From IMG/VR virus record IMGVR_UViG_3300025530_000008: a stretch of 64,000 nucleotides of DNA. The stretch is one strand, 5' to 3'. Positions within the stretch are counted from its first letter, which is position 1. Each line of letters opens with the position of its first letter. Positions 19,185 to 27,975 of the stretch are shown here, in pieces. The position numbers and the translations under genes are program-made. The DNA comes from an uncultured virus (IMG/VR IMGVR_UViG_3300025530_000008). Lineage: Duplodnaviria; Heunggongvirae; Uroviricota; Caudoviricetes; Herelleviridae. The notes under the pieces are model-generated. The model made no database searches. It was not told the origin of the DNA and saw nothing but the letters and a program-made list of their open reading frames with translations.

Positions 19185-19471
19185 TGCGCAGCGTGGTCAG
19201 GGCCTTCGCCCTTGCGGTGTACTGCTTCGTTTACGGCACCGTGCAGATCATCTACACGGTGAAAATCTTAAGCGGTGCGTCAATCTCGCTGACGATCTTC
19301 GGTGTGATGCTTGGCGTATTCTCCGGCGCCGGGCTGTACGTCATCGGCACGCAGTTCTGGCGTGAGGCCAAAGAACTGCACCGGACCTACAAGGAGCACG
19401 TCAATGCGGCGGTGCCAATCAGCAGCGACTGGCTGCGCATTAACCGCGACAGGGTCGAAGATGAAGCATAA
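19184..19471 (+). CDS. small membrane protein
   Basis: Two hydrophobic segments. Confidence 0.55.
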   Translation: MRSVVRAFALAVYCFVYGTVQIIYTVKILSGASISLTIFGVMLGVFSGAGLYVIGTQFWREAKELHRTYKEHVNAAVPISSDWLRINRDRVEDEA

Positions 19472-19511
19472 CCCTATCCCCTGCCCCATAGGATAATAGC
19501 GTCATGGCGCC

Positions 19512-19814
19512 ATGACATCGAGGATCATTATCCGAGTGGAGGCGAGAGGGATGAGGCAGGAGAGACGGCCGCGGATTGACCGGAAGCACAGATTCCCGCT
19601 TAGAATTGACGAGGTTGCACACAACGAGGCGGATGCGCTGGCGTTCCGGCATAACGTGTCCATGAATGTGCTCTACTGTGAAGCTATTCTGTGGGCGCTG
19701 GCGAGCGACGAATTTCGTCGGCACTTGCAGGAGAGGTTCCCCCGGGATACCCGCCGGGGGTATTTCACGTACAACGTCGACATGACAACGGCGCGGATCG
19801 GAAGGCAGGTGTAG
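19512..19814 (+). CDS. possible ribbon-helix-helix-like protein
   Basis: FPLRIDEVAHNEADALA...SMNVL strand-helix-helix pattern. Confidence 0.5.
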   Translation: MTSRIIIRVEARGMRQERRPRIDRKHRFPLRIDEVAHNEADALAFRHNVSMNVLYCEAILWALASDEFRRHLQERFPRDTRRGYFTYNVDMTTARIGRQV

Positions 19815-19817
19815 CCG

Positions 19818-20141
19818 GTGGGGTTCTTTGATCGCGTTGCGGACATCCTGTTCCGCGAGCGCCGGGACACTTCGATCGTCGTCACGCTGCCGACCGCCTT
19901 GGTTAAGGCCGTGGATACATTGGTGTACATGCGGAACGGGCTTTCGGAAGACAGCAGCAGAGTCGACCGCGACGATATTATCGGGCTGGCGCTGTCCGAA
20001 TACCTTCAGAAGCATCTGGTCGACCGGAACGAGGCGAAAATTAAGGCCATGCCGGCACCGTCATACACCAGCGGCCGCCGGCAGGCCCGATCCGCGTCGG
20101 TGTATGCCGACTATCAGACCTACTACAGGCAGCAGCAATAA
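19818..20141 (+). CDS. CopG/RHH-like DNA-binding protein
   Basis: IVVTLPTALVKAVD...RDDIIGLALSEYL. Confidence 0.55.
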   Translation: MGFFDRVADILFRERRDTSIVVTLPTALVKAVDTLVYMRNGLSEDSSRVDRDDIIGLALSEYLQKHLVDRNEAKIKAMPAPSYTSGRRQARSASVYADYQTYYRQQQ

Positions 20142-20170
20142 AGCCGCCCTCTCGGGCGGCCTTTCTTTTT
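20141..20170. terminator. terminator between convergent genes
   Basis: GCCGCCC-TCTC-GGGCGGC followed by a T-tract. Confidence 0.75.
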
Positions 20171-20474
20171 ATTCGAACCCTGCCAGCATGTTCCGAAGGA
20201 TATCGTCATCCGCTTCAACCGCCGGCTCAGGGGGCTTGTATTCGACAGCCGGCTCCAGCGGAGGCGGCGCGGGCGCCGCAGCAGGCGCAGCGGTCGCAGG
20301 AACCGCGACGATCTTCGGAAGCTCCGATGCCCGGACGTACTCGCCGCGCTCGACGGCCAGACCGAGCAGGTAGAGCTCTCGGATGCGGGCGGACTGATTC
20401 TTATATCTGCTCAAGTCCTCCATGATCTCGGGGTGCTTCTTCCCCGGCCGGAAGGCGACGAAGTTCCGGGCCAT
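20169..20474 (-). CDS. ParR-like partition adaptor
   Basis: Small gene directly after parM; N-terminal RHH-like segment (NQSARIREL), Pro/Ala linker, acidic-hydrophobic tail. Confidence 0.6.
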   Translation of the reverse strand: MARNFVAFRPGKKHPEIMEDLSRYKNQSARIRELYLLGLAVERGEYVRASELPKIVAVPATAAPAAAPAPPPLEPAVEYKPPEPAVEADDDILRNMLAGFE

Positions 20475-20477
20475 ACG

Positions 20478-21563
20478 TCACGCCCCCATAAGCAGCATGC
20501 CGTACTTCCGGTAACCGCTGGCGTTGCTATATTCCGCGTGCGACAACTGGATGACTGGGACAGAGGTGATGGACTGGATATACGGTGTATAGAGCGCTGC
20601 ACCGCCGCCGGCAACCAGAATGGCCGAGAACCGCCGCAGATCGTCCACATACACGGACAGCTCGTCGCGGATGGCCGGGAAATGGGTCTCCAGCGCCTTC
20701 GTGCGCAGGTGCGTCACATCTTCCTGCGTCCCGCCGATATTCAGGATTCCGGTCCGCATGACCGCGTCCACTTCTGAAGGAGCCAGAACAAAACCACGAT
20801 AATGCCGGGCAATGAGCTTACGAAGCTCGTTGTGGACCTTCCATATCCCCTGACGGATCGTAAAGCTGTCCTGACTGTACTTCGATTTCTCCATGATGCA
20901 TCCGTCCGTTGTCTTCCCGCCGATATCGAACACCAGCACCGTCTCCCGCAGCAGTGGGCTGTCTGTGAGCTTTCCATCGTCCGTCAGGCCATAATCGTAG
21001 AACGCGCCGGCCGCCTGCGGGATGACCGCGACCTTCTTTACGGAAATCTGCATTTGCTGGCTTCCGAAGCCGAACTGGAAGTCTCCGGTCAGCGCTTGCT
21101 GGAGCGCGCCGCGGTATTGGCTGTACTCGTCGACTGGAAGACCCGATACGAGCAGGTCGATGATGGAAGAACCGGTCTGCTGCCGGAACAGCGCCAGTGC
21201 AGTATAGAGCTTTGGAAGGTCGGAGTCCCGCGTCAGGCGTTCCGAAGTGAAGTCATAGCTGCCTTTGCTGCCGACGTTCCACGTGCCATGCTCGTCCACG
21301 ATGACGTACCCTTCGGCATCCTCCAGTCCTTCCGTTGCGACTTCCGAACGACGCTTGACCAGACTTCCGAACTTGCAGGTATTGCCGGGGTCGACCATGA
21401 TGCCGGCGTCGCTGTACTGCGGCCGCCGCGTGCCCCAGACGAACTTTGTCTGTACGAATCCGAGGTCAAGCCCGGCCACCCGCTTCGGATGCGCGGGCGG
21501 AGCCGGCGGTATGGCGGAAAATGTGCGGCTTCCGATGGTCGCCTTTACGGTCATTTTCAGCAT
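20478..21563 (-). CDS. parM: ParM/StbA-family actin-like partition ATPase
   Basis: GLDLGFVQTK, VSGLP, VIPQAAGA, VFDIGGKTTD, VAGGGA, NASGY. Confidence 0.88.
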   Translation of the reverse strand: MLKMTVKATIGSRTFSAIPPAPPAHPKRVAGLDLGFVQTKFVWGTRRPQYSDAGIMVDPGNTCKFGSLVKRRSEVATEGLEDAEGYVIVDEHGTWNVGSKGSYDFTSERLTRDSDLPKLYTALALFRQQTGSSIIDLLVSGLPVDEYSQYRGALQQALTGDFQFGFGSQQMQISVKKVAVIPQAAGAFYDYGLTDDGKLTDSPLLRETVLVFDIGGKTTDGCIMEKSKYSQDSFTIRQGIWKVHNELRKLIARHYRGFVLAPSEVDAVMRTGILNIGGTQEDVTHLRTKALETHFPAIRDELSVYVDDLRRFSAILVAGGGAALYTPYIQSITSVPVIQLSHAEYSNASGYRKYGMLLMGA

Positions 21564-21653
21564 TCCCCTTTCCGAGATTTGTTAAACATCCTATGCGCAT
21601 ATTCTCGCACATATGCGGGAATTAGAAAATCTGAGCGTTAAACGTAAATTTCG

Positions 21654-21755
21654 CACTTCGGAAGCGCGCTAGAATTTTGCAAAACGCCTGTGTATGGTGA
21701 ACATGAGGGAGGAACACTCCTGCCTCCAATCACAAAAAGGAGCTGATATATCATG
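21654..21755 (+). repeat. promoter-leader cassette copy 1 (CTTCSGAAG, TAGAAT-N17-TATGGT, hairpin, AAAGGAGCTG SD)
   Basis: Near-identical to 22061-22161. Confidence 0.9.
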
Positions 21756-22079
21756 CGGAAACAAAAGGTACTCGACCGGTGCACGAATATGCACGGAAAG
21801 CTCGGATCAGAGCTTGTGGATCGGATCAAGGATTACCTGAACGAGCCAACGATGGACAGATGGGATGACATCCACTCGATCATCATCGACGGTCGATCGT
21901 TTAAGACGATCTGGAACGCAGTGCTGGAATACGACCCGACGTTCCCGTCGTCGGGCCGGGTGACGGACGCCAACGGCCGGATCATTCAGGAATGGGCGAG
22001 AATTCCAACGCCGTTTGAGCTCATGAAGGCGATCCAACTGGCAACGCGGCCGATCATTTACACTTCCGAAGCGCGCTAG
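21753..22079 (+). CDS. hypothetical early protein
   Basis: Strong SD within the cassette. Confidence 0.75.
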   Translation: MRKQKVLDRCTNMHGKLGSELVDRIKDYLNEPTMDRWDDIHSIIIDGRSFKTIWNAVLEYDPTFPSSGRVTDANGRIIQEWARIPTPFELMKAIQLATRPIIYTSEAR

Positions 22080-22161
22080 AATTCTGCAAAACGCCTGTGT
22101 ATGGTGAATCTGAGGGAGGAACACTCCTACCTCCAATCATAAAAAGGAGCTGATATTTATG
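22061..22161 (+). repeat. promoter-leader cassette copy 2
   Basis: Near-identical to 21654-21755. Confidence 0.9.
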
Positions 22162-22341
22162 GCGTTCGTAAAACTCGTAACAAACAAGAGCGGTGAGGTC
22201 ATCGGTGAGATTTGGCAGGACATGCGGAAAGGTAAATACCTCGCACGGGCGATTTTCCCCGGACACAACCGCAGCGAGAGCGTCGGCAAGTTCGCAAGCT
22301 GGAAGGCTGCGGAGCGTGCCGTCAAGCAATACGTATACTGA
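22159..22341 (+). CDS. small hypothetical early protein
   Basis: Strong SD within the cassette. Confidence 0.7.
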   Translation: MAFVKLVTNKSGEVIGEIWQDMRKGKYLARAIFPGHNRSESVGKFASWKAAERAVKQYVY

Positions 22342-22376
22342 GGGAAGCAGCGCTCCCTTCACCACCAAAACCAATA
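22301..22376 (+). repeat. 76-bp direct repeat copy 1
   Basis: Identical to 22722-22797. Confidence 0.9.
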
Positions 22377-22400
22377 AGAGGAAAACACCAGACGGAGGTA

Positions 22401-22595
22401 ATGAAAGTGAAAATCCATGTATACGGAAAAAACAAGCCGATATTGAGAGGGTTTGACAAAGACGGGAATTACAAAGAGTTTAGAACAGCAAGTTATTCGG
22501 GGCATAGGATAGCAAAAAGTTTGATCGAAGCCCAGAAGTATATCCAAGATTACCTCAACAGAAATTGGGACGTTCAGATTGTAGTTGAAACATAA
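22401..22595 (+). CDS. small AT-rich hypothetical protein
   Basis: GGAGG SD; visibly lower GC than its neighbours. Confidence 0.7.
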   Translation: MKVKIHVYGKNKPILRGFDKDGNYKEFRTASYSGHRIAKSLIEAQKYIQDYLNRNWDVQIVVET

Positions 22596-22674
22596 AAAGC
22601 CACCCGCGACCATGCAGAGTGACTTTCGAGGAAGGATAGAGTGCAGACTATCCTTCCTCGGAAGGATAATTTCA

Positions 22675-22728
22675 ATGAGCGTTTACAAAATTGTTACCGA
22701 CCGTATTATTGCGAAACTGAAGGAAGGC
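22675..22728 (+). pseudogene. truncated ArdC-like antirestriction gene N-terminus
   Basis: MSVYKIVTDRIIAKLKEG resembles the ArdC/DUF1738 N-terminus, then runs into repeat copy 2. Confidence 0.6.
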
Positions 22729-22797
22729 TGCGGAGCGTGCCGTCAAGCAATACGTATACTGAGGGAAGCAGCGCTCCCTTCACCACCAAAACCAATA
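22722..22797 (+). repeat. 76-bp direct repeat copy 2
   Basis: Identical to 22301-22376. Confidence 0.9.
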
Positions 22798-22819
22798 CGA
22801 CAAGGAGCTGGAAACCGTC

Positions 22820-23008
22820 ATGAAGAAAGTCAAAATCGAAATCGTAACAGAACACGCAGCATTCGGGGACGACGATCGAGCCAAGATTACGGAGACGGCG
22901 TACATCCTGCGCCGGCTGGCGGACCAGTTGGAAGAAGGTCTGATGCCGCAGTTTGTACGGGACACGAACGGCAACAAATGCGGGACAGTTAAATACGTGC
23001 GCAAGTAA
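22820..23008 (+). CDS. small hypothetical phage protein
   Basis: AAGGAG SD; ILRRLADQL...RDTNGNKCG. Confidence 0.7.
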   Translation: MKKVKIEIVTEHAAFGDDDRAKITETAYILRRLADQLEEGLMPQFVRDTNGNKCGTVKYVRK

Positions 23009-23076
23009 ATAATCCGAAAGCCATGAAGGAATTCAAAACCGGGATGGCGAATAGTTAAAGAAAAGGAGATGGTACC

Positions 23077-23433
23077 ATGTTTGAAGTGCTTCACACATAC
23101 TCGAGGAAACAGGCAATTGAGGATGGTATTTTGATCGACGTAACGGAGATGGCAGAGGAAGCCGGCTTCCGTTACCCGGTCGCGGTTACGCGGACGCTAT
23201 GGGAGGCGCACATCAAGACAGAAGGCACGGAGCGCAGCGGCGACACGAACGGTCGCCTGTGGGATACGTTATGGATGCTGCGCGTAAGGCTCGCCGATCC
23301 GTCCGTGCAGGGCTCGGCAGAGGCTCGCTATGAAGTCCTCTACGGCCGAAAGCGCGTCCAGCTTAAAGCCGTATGCGGTCCCGGGGACAACTACGAGCCG
23401 GTCATTACGATTATGCTGCCGGATGAAGCCTGA
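23077..23433 (+). CDS. DUF6573-like protein
   Basis: YSRKQAIEDGILIDV...PVAVT...GRLWD...GPGD..EPVITIMLPDE. Confidence 0.7.
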   Translation: MFEVLHTYSRKQAIEDGILIDVTEMAEEAGFRYPVAVTRTLWEAHIKTEGTERSGDTNGRLWDTLWMLRVRLADPSVQGSAEARYEVLYGRKRVQLKAVCGPGDNYEPVITIMLPDEA

Positions 23434-23528
23434 CGCGAGGCGGGCGACGGCCCGCCTTACAATCCGAAACCGCACCGTAAGGAAGCGACAATAAACCTGC
23501 GACCTGCGCTACACGAGATGTGACCCCT

Positions 23529-23557
23529 TAGAATTTCGGGAAAGTCCTGTGTATGTT
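23529..23557 (+). promoter_or_regulatory. TAGAAT-class phage promoter
   Basis: TAGAAT-N17(..CCTGTG)-TATGTT, then hairpin and SD. Confidence 0.75.
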
Positions 23558-23611
23558 GAATGTGAGGGAAGCAAGCTCCCGCTTCCCAAAACATCAAAAG
23601 GAGCGGATAAT

Positions 23612-23992
23612 ATGTCAAAGAAAGACCTGCAAGATGTCATTAAAACGCACGGATACGCCCTGACCTTCAGCTCAGGTACGCTGAACCCGGAGCATCTGCT
23701 GGCGGTCGCGCATGACATTATCGTCGAGTACAACCTGCGCACACCACTGCTGAAAGCAATACGCGACGCCTACCGATACAAAGACAAGCTGTATAAAAAG
23801 GAGATGCGCCGCAGTTTATGGTCGGCCGTCTACTACGGATGGGCAGAGTTGAAAGAGGACGCCGATGCGTTCGCATTGTGGGAAGACGTATGCGACTACT
23901 TCGATGATTTGGCGCCGGAAGGGTACTGCTTCGGAAGCGCTGAAGGCAGCGCCGACGATATCGGGTGGTGGCTGGTTCACGACGAGGGCTGA
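23612..23992 (+). CDS. hypothetical early protein
   Basis: AAAGGAG SD. Confidence 0.7.
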   Translation: MSKKDLQDVIKTHGYALTFSSGTLNPEHLLAVAHDIIVEYNLRTPLLKAIRDAYRYKDKLYKKEMRRSLWSAVYYGWAELKEDADAFALWEDVCDYFDDLAPEGYCFGSAEGSADDIGWWLVHDEG

Positions 23993-24041
23993 TGCCCTCG
24001 TCAACCTTCCGAACACCGGACAGGCGGAAAGGATGATCGGC

Positions 24042-24449
24042 ATGGCGAGGAAGGACCTGATTGACATGATTGCAGCAAGTGATGAGTTTGTCCTGATTGC
24101 CGACAGCGACCTGCCGGAAGGTGAGACGCTGAGAACCGATAAAACGGTGAGCCGATACGTGCTCGCAAGGGTGTATGACTTGTTTCGGAAGTACAACGTA
24201 GAACCACTGATGCGGCGGACGATTGATCGGACATTCGACTGGAGCGGAAAAGGTTCGCTGGTTGAGGCACTAGCGAAGGGTCGGGCAAGCCCGATCGACG
24301 ATATCGCCGTAAATGCCGCCTATGGTAGTGTTTGGGGCTATTGCAGCAGCTTGATTCGTAATTATTCCTTCAGTATAGAGACGGAGCATGCGGACGCAGG
24401 CGCGGAAGGCACAACACGGGTGCTGTGGCGCCGAGCGTGGGATGAATGA
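24042..24449 (+). CDS. hypothetical protein
   Basis: AAAGGA SD. Confidence 0.55.
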   Translation: MARKDLIDMIAASDEFVLIADSDLPEGETLRTDKTVSRYVLARVYDLFRKYNVEPLMRRTIDRTFDWSGKGSLVEALAKGRASPIDDIAVNAAYGSVWGYCSSLIRNYSFSIETEHADAGAEGTTRVLWRRAWDE

Positions 24450-24513
24450 CGAAAGGAGCTACACCCATGGAAATGCTCGTAAAATTGGCAAGACGCATGA
24501 GAGGATGATGATC

Positions 24514-24744
24514 ATGAAAAAATGGTATATCGACCAAACGTTTGTCCGCGAGGGCCGGGAGTACGACAGAGGCTATTACATCCGGGAAGACGGCACCATC
24601 GAGTGGACGGAGCCGGTGCCGAACGGAGAAACGCACGAGTTTCCCATCAGCGAATGCTTCCATCCTTCCGGGCCGCTGTCCAGCGAACCGGGAGATCCGA
24701 TCAGCGTCGAGGACGGAGAACTGCTCGGGGAATTGGTAGAGTAG
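24514..24744 (+). CDS. small acidic hypothetical protein
   Basis: GAGGA SD. Confidence 0.6.
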   Translation: MKKWYIDQTFVREGREYDRGYYIREDGTIEWTEPVPNGETHEFPISECFHPSGPLSSEPGDPISVEDGELLGELVE

Positions 24745-25164
24745 CAGGGCTAGGGAGACGCCGGAGAATCCCGGCGCGGCCGCTTCGGCGGCTTCCGCTC
24801 AACCTGCGGAAGCAGGAAAACACACGAAAGGATGATCAAAATGAAAAAGGTTAAGGTTCGCGTCGAGTACAAGGCAGGCGAAAGCCGCTACAGCAACAAA
24901 GCTGTCGATTGGATGCTGGCCGTCGTTCCGATCTACGAAGACGGTATCCACGTTGATGATGTCGAACTGTACGCCGAGGCGGAAAATGCGACGTGGAACG
25001 AGGATGGAGGCTATTACGAAGACGAGCGGGCGACTTTCGAGGAGCTGAAGGCGGAAATCTTTGATCAGGCGGAAGAAAAAGGCATCGACCTGTCGCAGTA
25101 TGAATTGATTTACGAATGACCGCAGGGCTAGGGAGAGCGCCGAGAATCCCGGCGCGTCCGCTCG
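24745..25164 (+). repeat. pair of ~40-bp post-stop elements (about 24745-24785 and 25122-25163)
   Basis: GCAGGGCTAGGGAGA..GCCG.GAGAATCCCGGCGCG.CCGCT follows two consecutive genes. Confidence 0.75.
24841..25119 (+). CDS. small acidic hypothetical protein
   Basis: AAAGGA SD; Asp/Glu-rich. Confidence 0.7.
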   Translation: MKKVKVRVEYKAGESRYSNKAVDWMLAVVPIYEDGIHVDDVELYAEAENATWNEDGGYYEDERATFEELKAEIFDQAEEKGIDLSQYELIYE

Positions 25165-25354
25165 ACCACCAGCACTATGCGGGTGTATTTGAGCAACCTT
25201 GCACTTCGACAAGGCGACAGGCGAAAGCGTTCCGCGAAAGCGCAGGTGGATCAGGCTTTACGAGAGCTCGCGCGGGAAGTATGTGGTGTACCAGCGAAAG
25301 CGGTACTACCTGCCGGACGCGTCGTAAAGGTCTTATGGAGAAAGGGATGGTATA

Positions 25355-25960
25355 GTGCTGGCAATCTACATGATCCAGACGCAGCAAGATGCCTACAGCG
25401 CAGCGCGGCTGCGCCATGAGTATCTTGCGCAGGAAACCGAGGAAGCGCGGCAGCTTATGGAAACCCGCGGCCGAGAGCTCGTCCGACTTCAGAAGGTGGC
25501 ACATCTGGCTGGGCTCGACTACGATCCCACGGAATGGCGGAGCGACGAACGCGACTGCACGCACCACACCAACTATGAGCGTCATGTCGTGCACACGCTG
25601 GAGACGGCGACGCTGCTGTTTGTGGTGGCGGTAAGCACGCTGCGGGACCTGAAGCGCAAGCCGCACCGCGTAACCTACTCGGTCCGCGAGTTCAGACTAT
25701 CGAGTACGCCGGGCGAGCTCTACAATGCACACTGCAACATCATAGCCAACTTCCCGGACGTGCCGCAGGAGCAGAAGTTCCGCGACTGGGAGGAAGCCGA
25801 AAGGTACGCTCGATCCGTAATGGAACGGCTCGAGGCGAAGTACTACGAAACGCTGAACTATGAGCGCCAGACGTTCCGACTTCTGAAGGATGCGGGCATC
25901 TACTACGACAACGACGAGAAGAAGTTTGTGGTCCCAGATCAGGGTGAAACGAAAGGGTGA
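25355..25960 (+). CDS. hypothetical protein
   Basis: ORF with SD and typical codon usage. Confidence 0.65.
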   Translation: MLAIYMIQTQQDAYSAARLRHEYLAQETEEARQLMETRGRELVRLQKVAHLAGLDYDPTEWRSDERDCTHHTNYERHVVHTLETATLLFVVAVSTLRDLKRKPHRVTYSVREFRLSSTPGELYNAHCNIIANFPDVPQEQKFRDWEEAERYARSVMERLEAKYYETLNYERQTFRLLKDAGIYYDNDEKKFVVPDQGETKG

Positions 25961-26029
25961 TGCACAAGGCCGCGGCCCACGTGCCCGGCCTTGCTCATAA
26001 TATCCACTTCAAGCGAGGGGAGAGTAAGG

Positions 26030-26389
26030 ATGGGCACGAAGGTACGAATCGGGCTGCTGAGGGCTCAGCAGGAGCGGCAACCGGCGCCGGTCGAACGCTT
26101 CCTGATTAACGATGATGTCGTTCCATTTGACCGCGCGCATCTGCTTACGTCGGAGGCTATGAAGGAACTGGTTAAGGAGGTCGGACCTGATACCGACATC
26201 TGTCTGTACATCGTAGGGTTCACCCGGGCGGTGCTCGGCGCGGTCGCCGGGTTTATGTCATCCGGCAGCCGCGCGACGCTGCGCATCTATGAGTACAATG
26301 ATGCGGTGTCAAAATACGAAACCCGCATTTCGTTCTGGGCAAGCGAACGGCCGGAAGGCGACCACTGCTACGCTATGCATTTATGGTGA
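26030..26389 (+). CDS. hypothetical protein
   Basis: GGGGAG SD. Confidence 0.55.
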   Translation: MGTKVRIGLLRAQQERQPAPVERFLINDDVVPFDRAHLLTSEAMKELVKEVGPDTDICLYIVGFTRAVLGAVAGFMSSGSRATLRIYEYNDAVSKYETRISFWASERPEGDHCYAMHLW

Positions 26390-26411
26390 TGCCTTAAGGG
26401 GGTATGAGGGG

Positions 26412-26714
26412 ATGGCGACTACCGTACTTCGTTACGAGCCGAAGCTGTACACGGACGGCGACTGCCTGCCGGAATCTGAGCACATGGACTGGAACGACTG
26501 CCTGCTGATCCTAAAGCCGGACCGGCTTCCGATCGAGCAGCAGCTTCCGCCTTTCCAACTGTGGAAGGGTGACGGCGGGTTCGGGTGCACGCCGGGAACT
26601 GGCGGCGACGCCGTGTTCGCGATCAGTCTGGTGACCGGGGAGCGCCGGCGCTGGCGCCGCAGCGACTTCTATGGCGTGCTGAAGCCGGCTTACCAGCGCT
26701 GGCAGGCCAACTAG
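26412..26714 (+). CDS. hypothetical protein
   Basis: ATG after a G-rich SD; GGFGCTPGTGG motif. Confidence 0.6.
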   Translation: MATTVLRYEPKLYTDGDCLPESEHMDWNDCLLILKPDRLPIEQQLPPFQLWKGDGGFGCTPGTGGDAVFAISLVTGERRRWRRSDFYGVLKPAYQRWQAN

Positions 26715-26740
26715 AATTTTAGATTTTGCCTGTGTATGTT
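26712..26740 (+). promoter_or_regulatory. TAGAAT-class phage promoter
   Basis: TAGAAT-N17(..GCCTGTG)-TATGTT, then hairpin and AAAGGAGCTG SD. Confidence 0.75.
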
Positions 26741-26793
26741 GAATTTGAGGGGAATGCTCCATTCCCCAAAAATCAAAAGGAGCTGATTCAAAG

Positions 26794-27303
26794 ATGAACA
26801 ACACGGGTATGTATTCAAGTGGTGCGTCATCCGCGGGCATTTCAGCAGACATTCCGGCGGATGAAGTTATCCGAATCCGACAGGCCGAGATCGTGGCCGA
26901 TATCGACGAGATCGATATCCGGCTGGAGGAAATCGCAAGGCAGATCGACGCGCTCGATCGTGAGCGCGGGCTGCTGGAGGAAAAACGCCGGCGGCGCCTA
27001 CTGGAGCACGATCTGTGGAACCGCTATGATCGCGGGATCATCGTTACGCAAACCACGGTCGAAATTCACGGCGGAAACATCGGCCGCAAGCGCACGGCGG
27101 ACAGGCTGCCGATCGAAGAATGTCTACGGCGCATCTTCGAAGCTGCCGGACGGCCGCTGGCGTTCAGTGAGATTCGGGAACGGCTGGAGGCGTTCGGCTA
27201 CCGGTGGAACCGGTACATAAGCGCACACAATTACTTGACGCGAAAGGGTCTGCTGGAGCCCACGGGCAAGCGCGGGTTCTATAACCTGTCGCGTCGGTGG
27301 TAG
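26794..27303 (+). CDS. Rok-like coiled-coil plus winged-helix DNA-binding protein
   Basis: N-terminal coiled coil; C-terminal wHTH ending KRGFYNL. Confidence 0.5.
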   Translation: MNNTGMYSSGASSAGISADIPADEVIRIRQAEIVADIDEIDIRLEEIARQIDALDRERGLLEEKRRRRLLEHDLWNRYDRGIIVTQTTVEIHGGNIGRKRTADRLPIEECLRRIFEAAGRPLAFSEIRERLEAFGYRWNRYISAHNYLTRKGLLEPTGKRGFYNLSRRW

Positions 27304-27375
27304 TCCGGGCAAAGACATCATGGCTCCGCGTCCGTGCTGCCCGGCTGCCGAAATCTATAAAAGGAGCTGGGGAGC

Positions 27376-27705
27376 ATGGACAAGGAATTGCGTGCAGGAC
27401 TGGAATTGGGACATCCTTTGACGGAGGGGCAACCATACTGGTGTACCCTGTGCAATAAGGTACACCACAGAAAACAAGGTTCCGAAGAATACGTGACGCG
27501 CACATGCTGGGTGTTCATCACGCCGGACGGCAAGATCGACACCAGCGGCGAGGCCGTGTTCAAAGTGAACATCGGATTCTGTAACGGCGCGCACGGTCCG
27601 GTCGCCTCGCCGCCGCGGTACGCACCCGCCGGGGTTACGCCGGTGGTGCACATCCTGCCGAGATACGGGAACCACGAAGGTGAAGGCGTACCGGCCGAGA
27701 CATAA
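27376..27705 (+). CDS. hypothetical protein (CxxC-H)
   Basis: AAGGAG SD; WCTLCNKVHH. Confidence 0.6.
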   Translation: MDKELRAGLELGHPLTEGQPYWCTLCNKVHHRKQGSEEYVTRTCWVFITPDGKIDTSGEAVFKVNIGFCNGAHGPVASPPRYAPAGVTPVVHILPRYGNHEGEGVPAET

Positions 27706-27732
27706 CAAACCTGACGAAAGGAGCTGGTAAGT

Positions 27733-27882
27733 GTGTCGCTTTACCGAGTGACGGACGCGCTGTGTGCTGCCCAAAACGGGCGGGTGACCGGCAAGCAGTT
27801 TGGTACTATCCAGCGGGCTGCTGCCGCGTACTCCGCGCACCGCGACCGCGTTAACGGAAGTCAGACGGTAGTCCTTCGATAA
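27733..27882 (+). CDS. small hypothetical protein (49 aa, not in the ORF track)
   Basis: AAAGGAG SD, GTG start; translated manually. Confidence 0.45.
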   Translation: MSLYRVTDALCAAQNGRVTGKQFGTIQRAAAAYSAHRDRVNGSQTVVLR

Positions 27883-27975
27883 AGCGAATAACCCGGACGG
27901 CCTGCAGCAGGCCGTCCGACCACATGAACTTGAGTAGGGGAGAGTCCCACTCCCCAGTTAAGGAGGGATGGCCGA

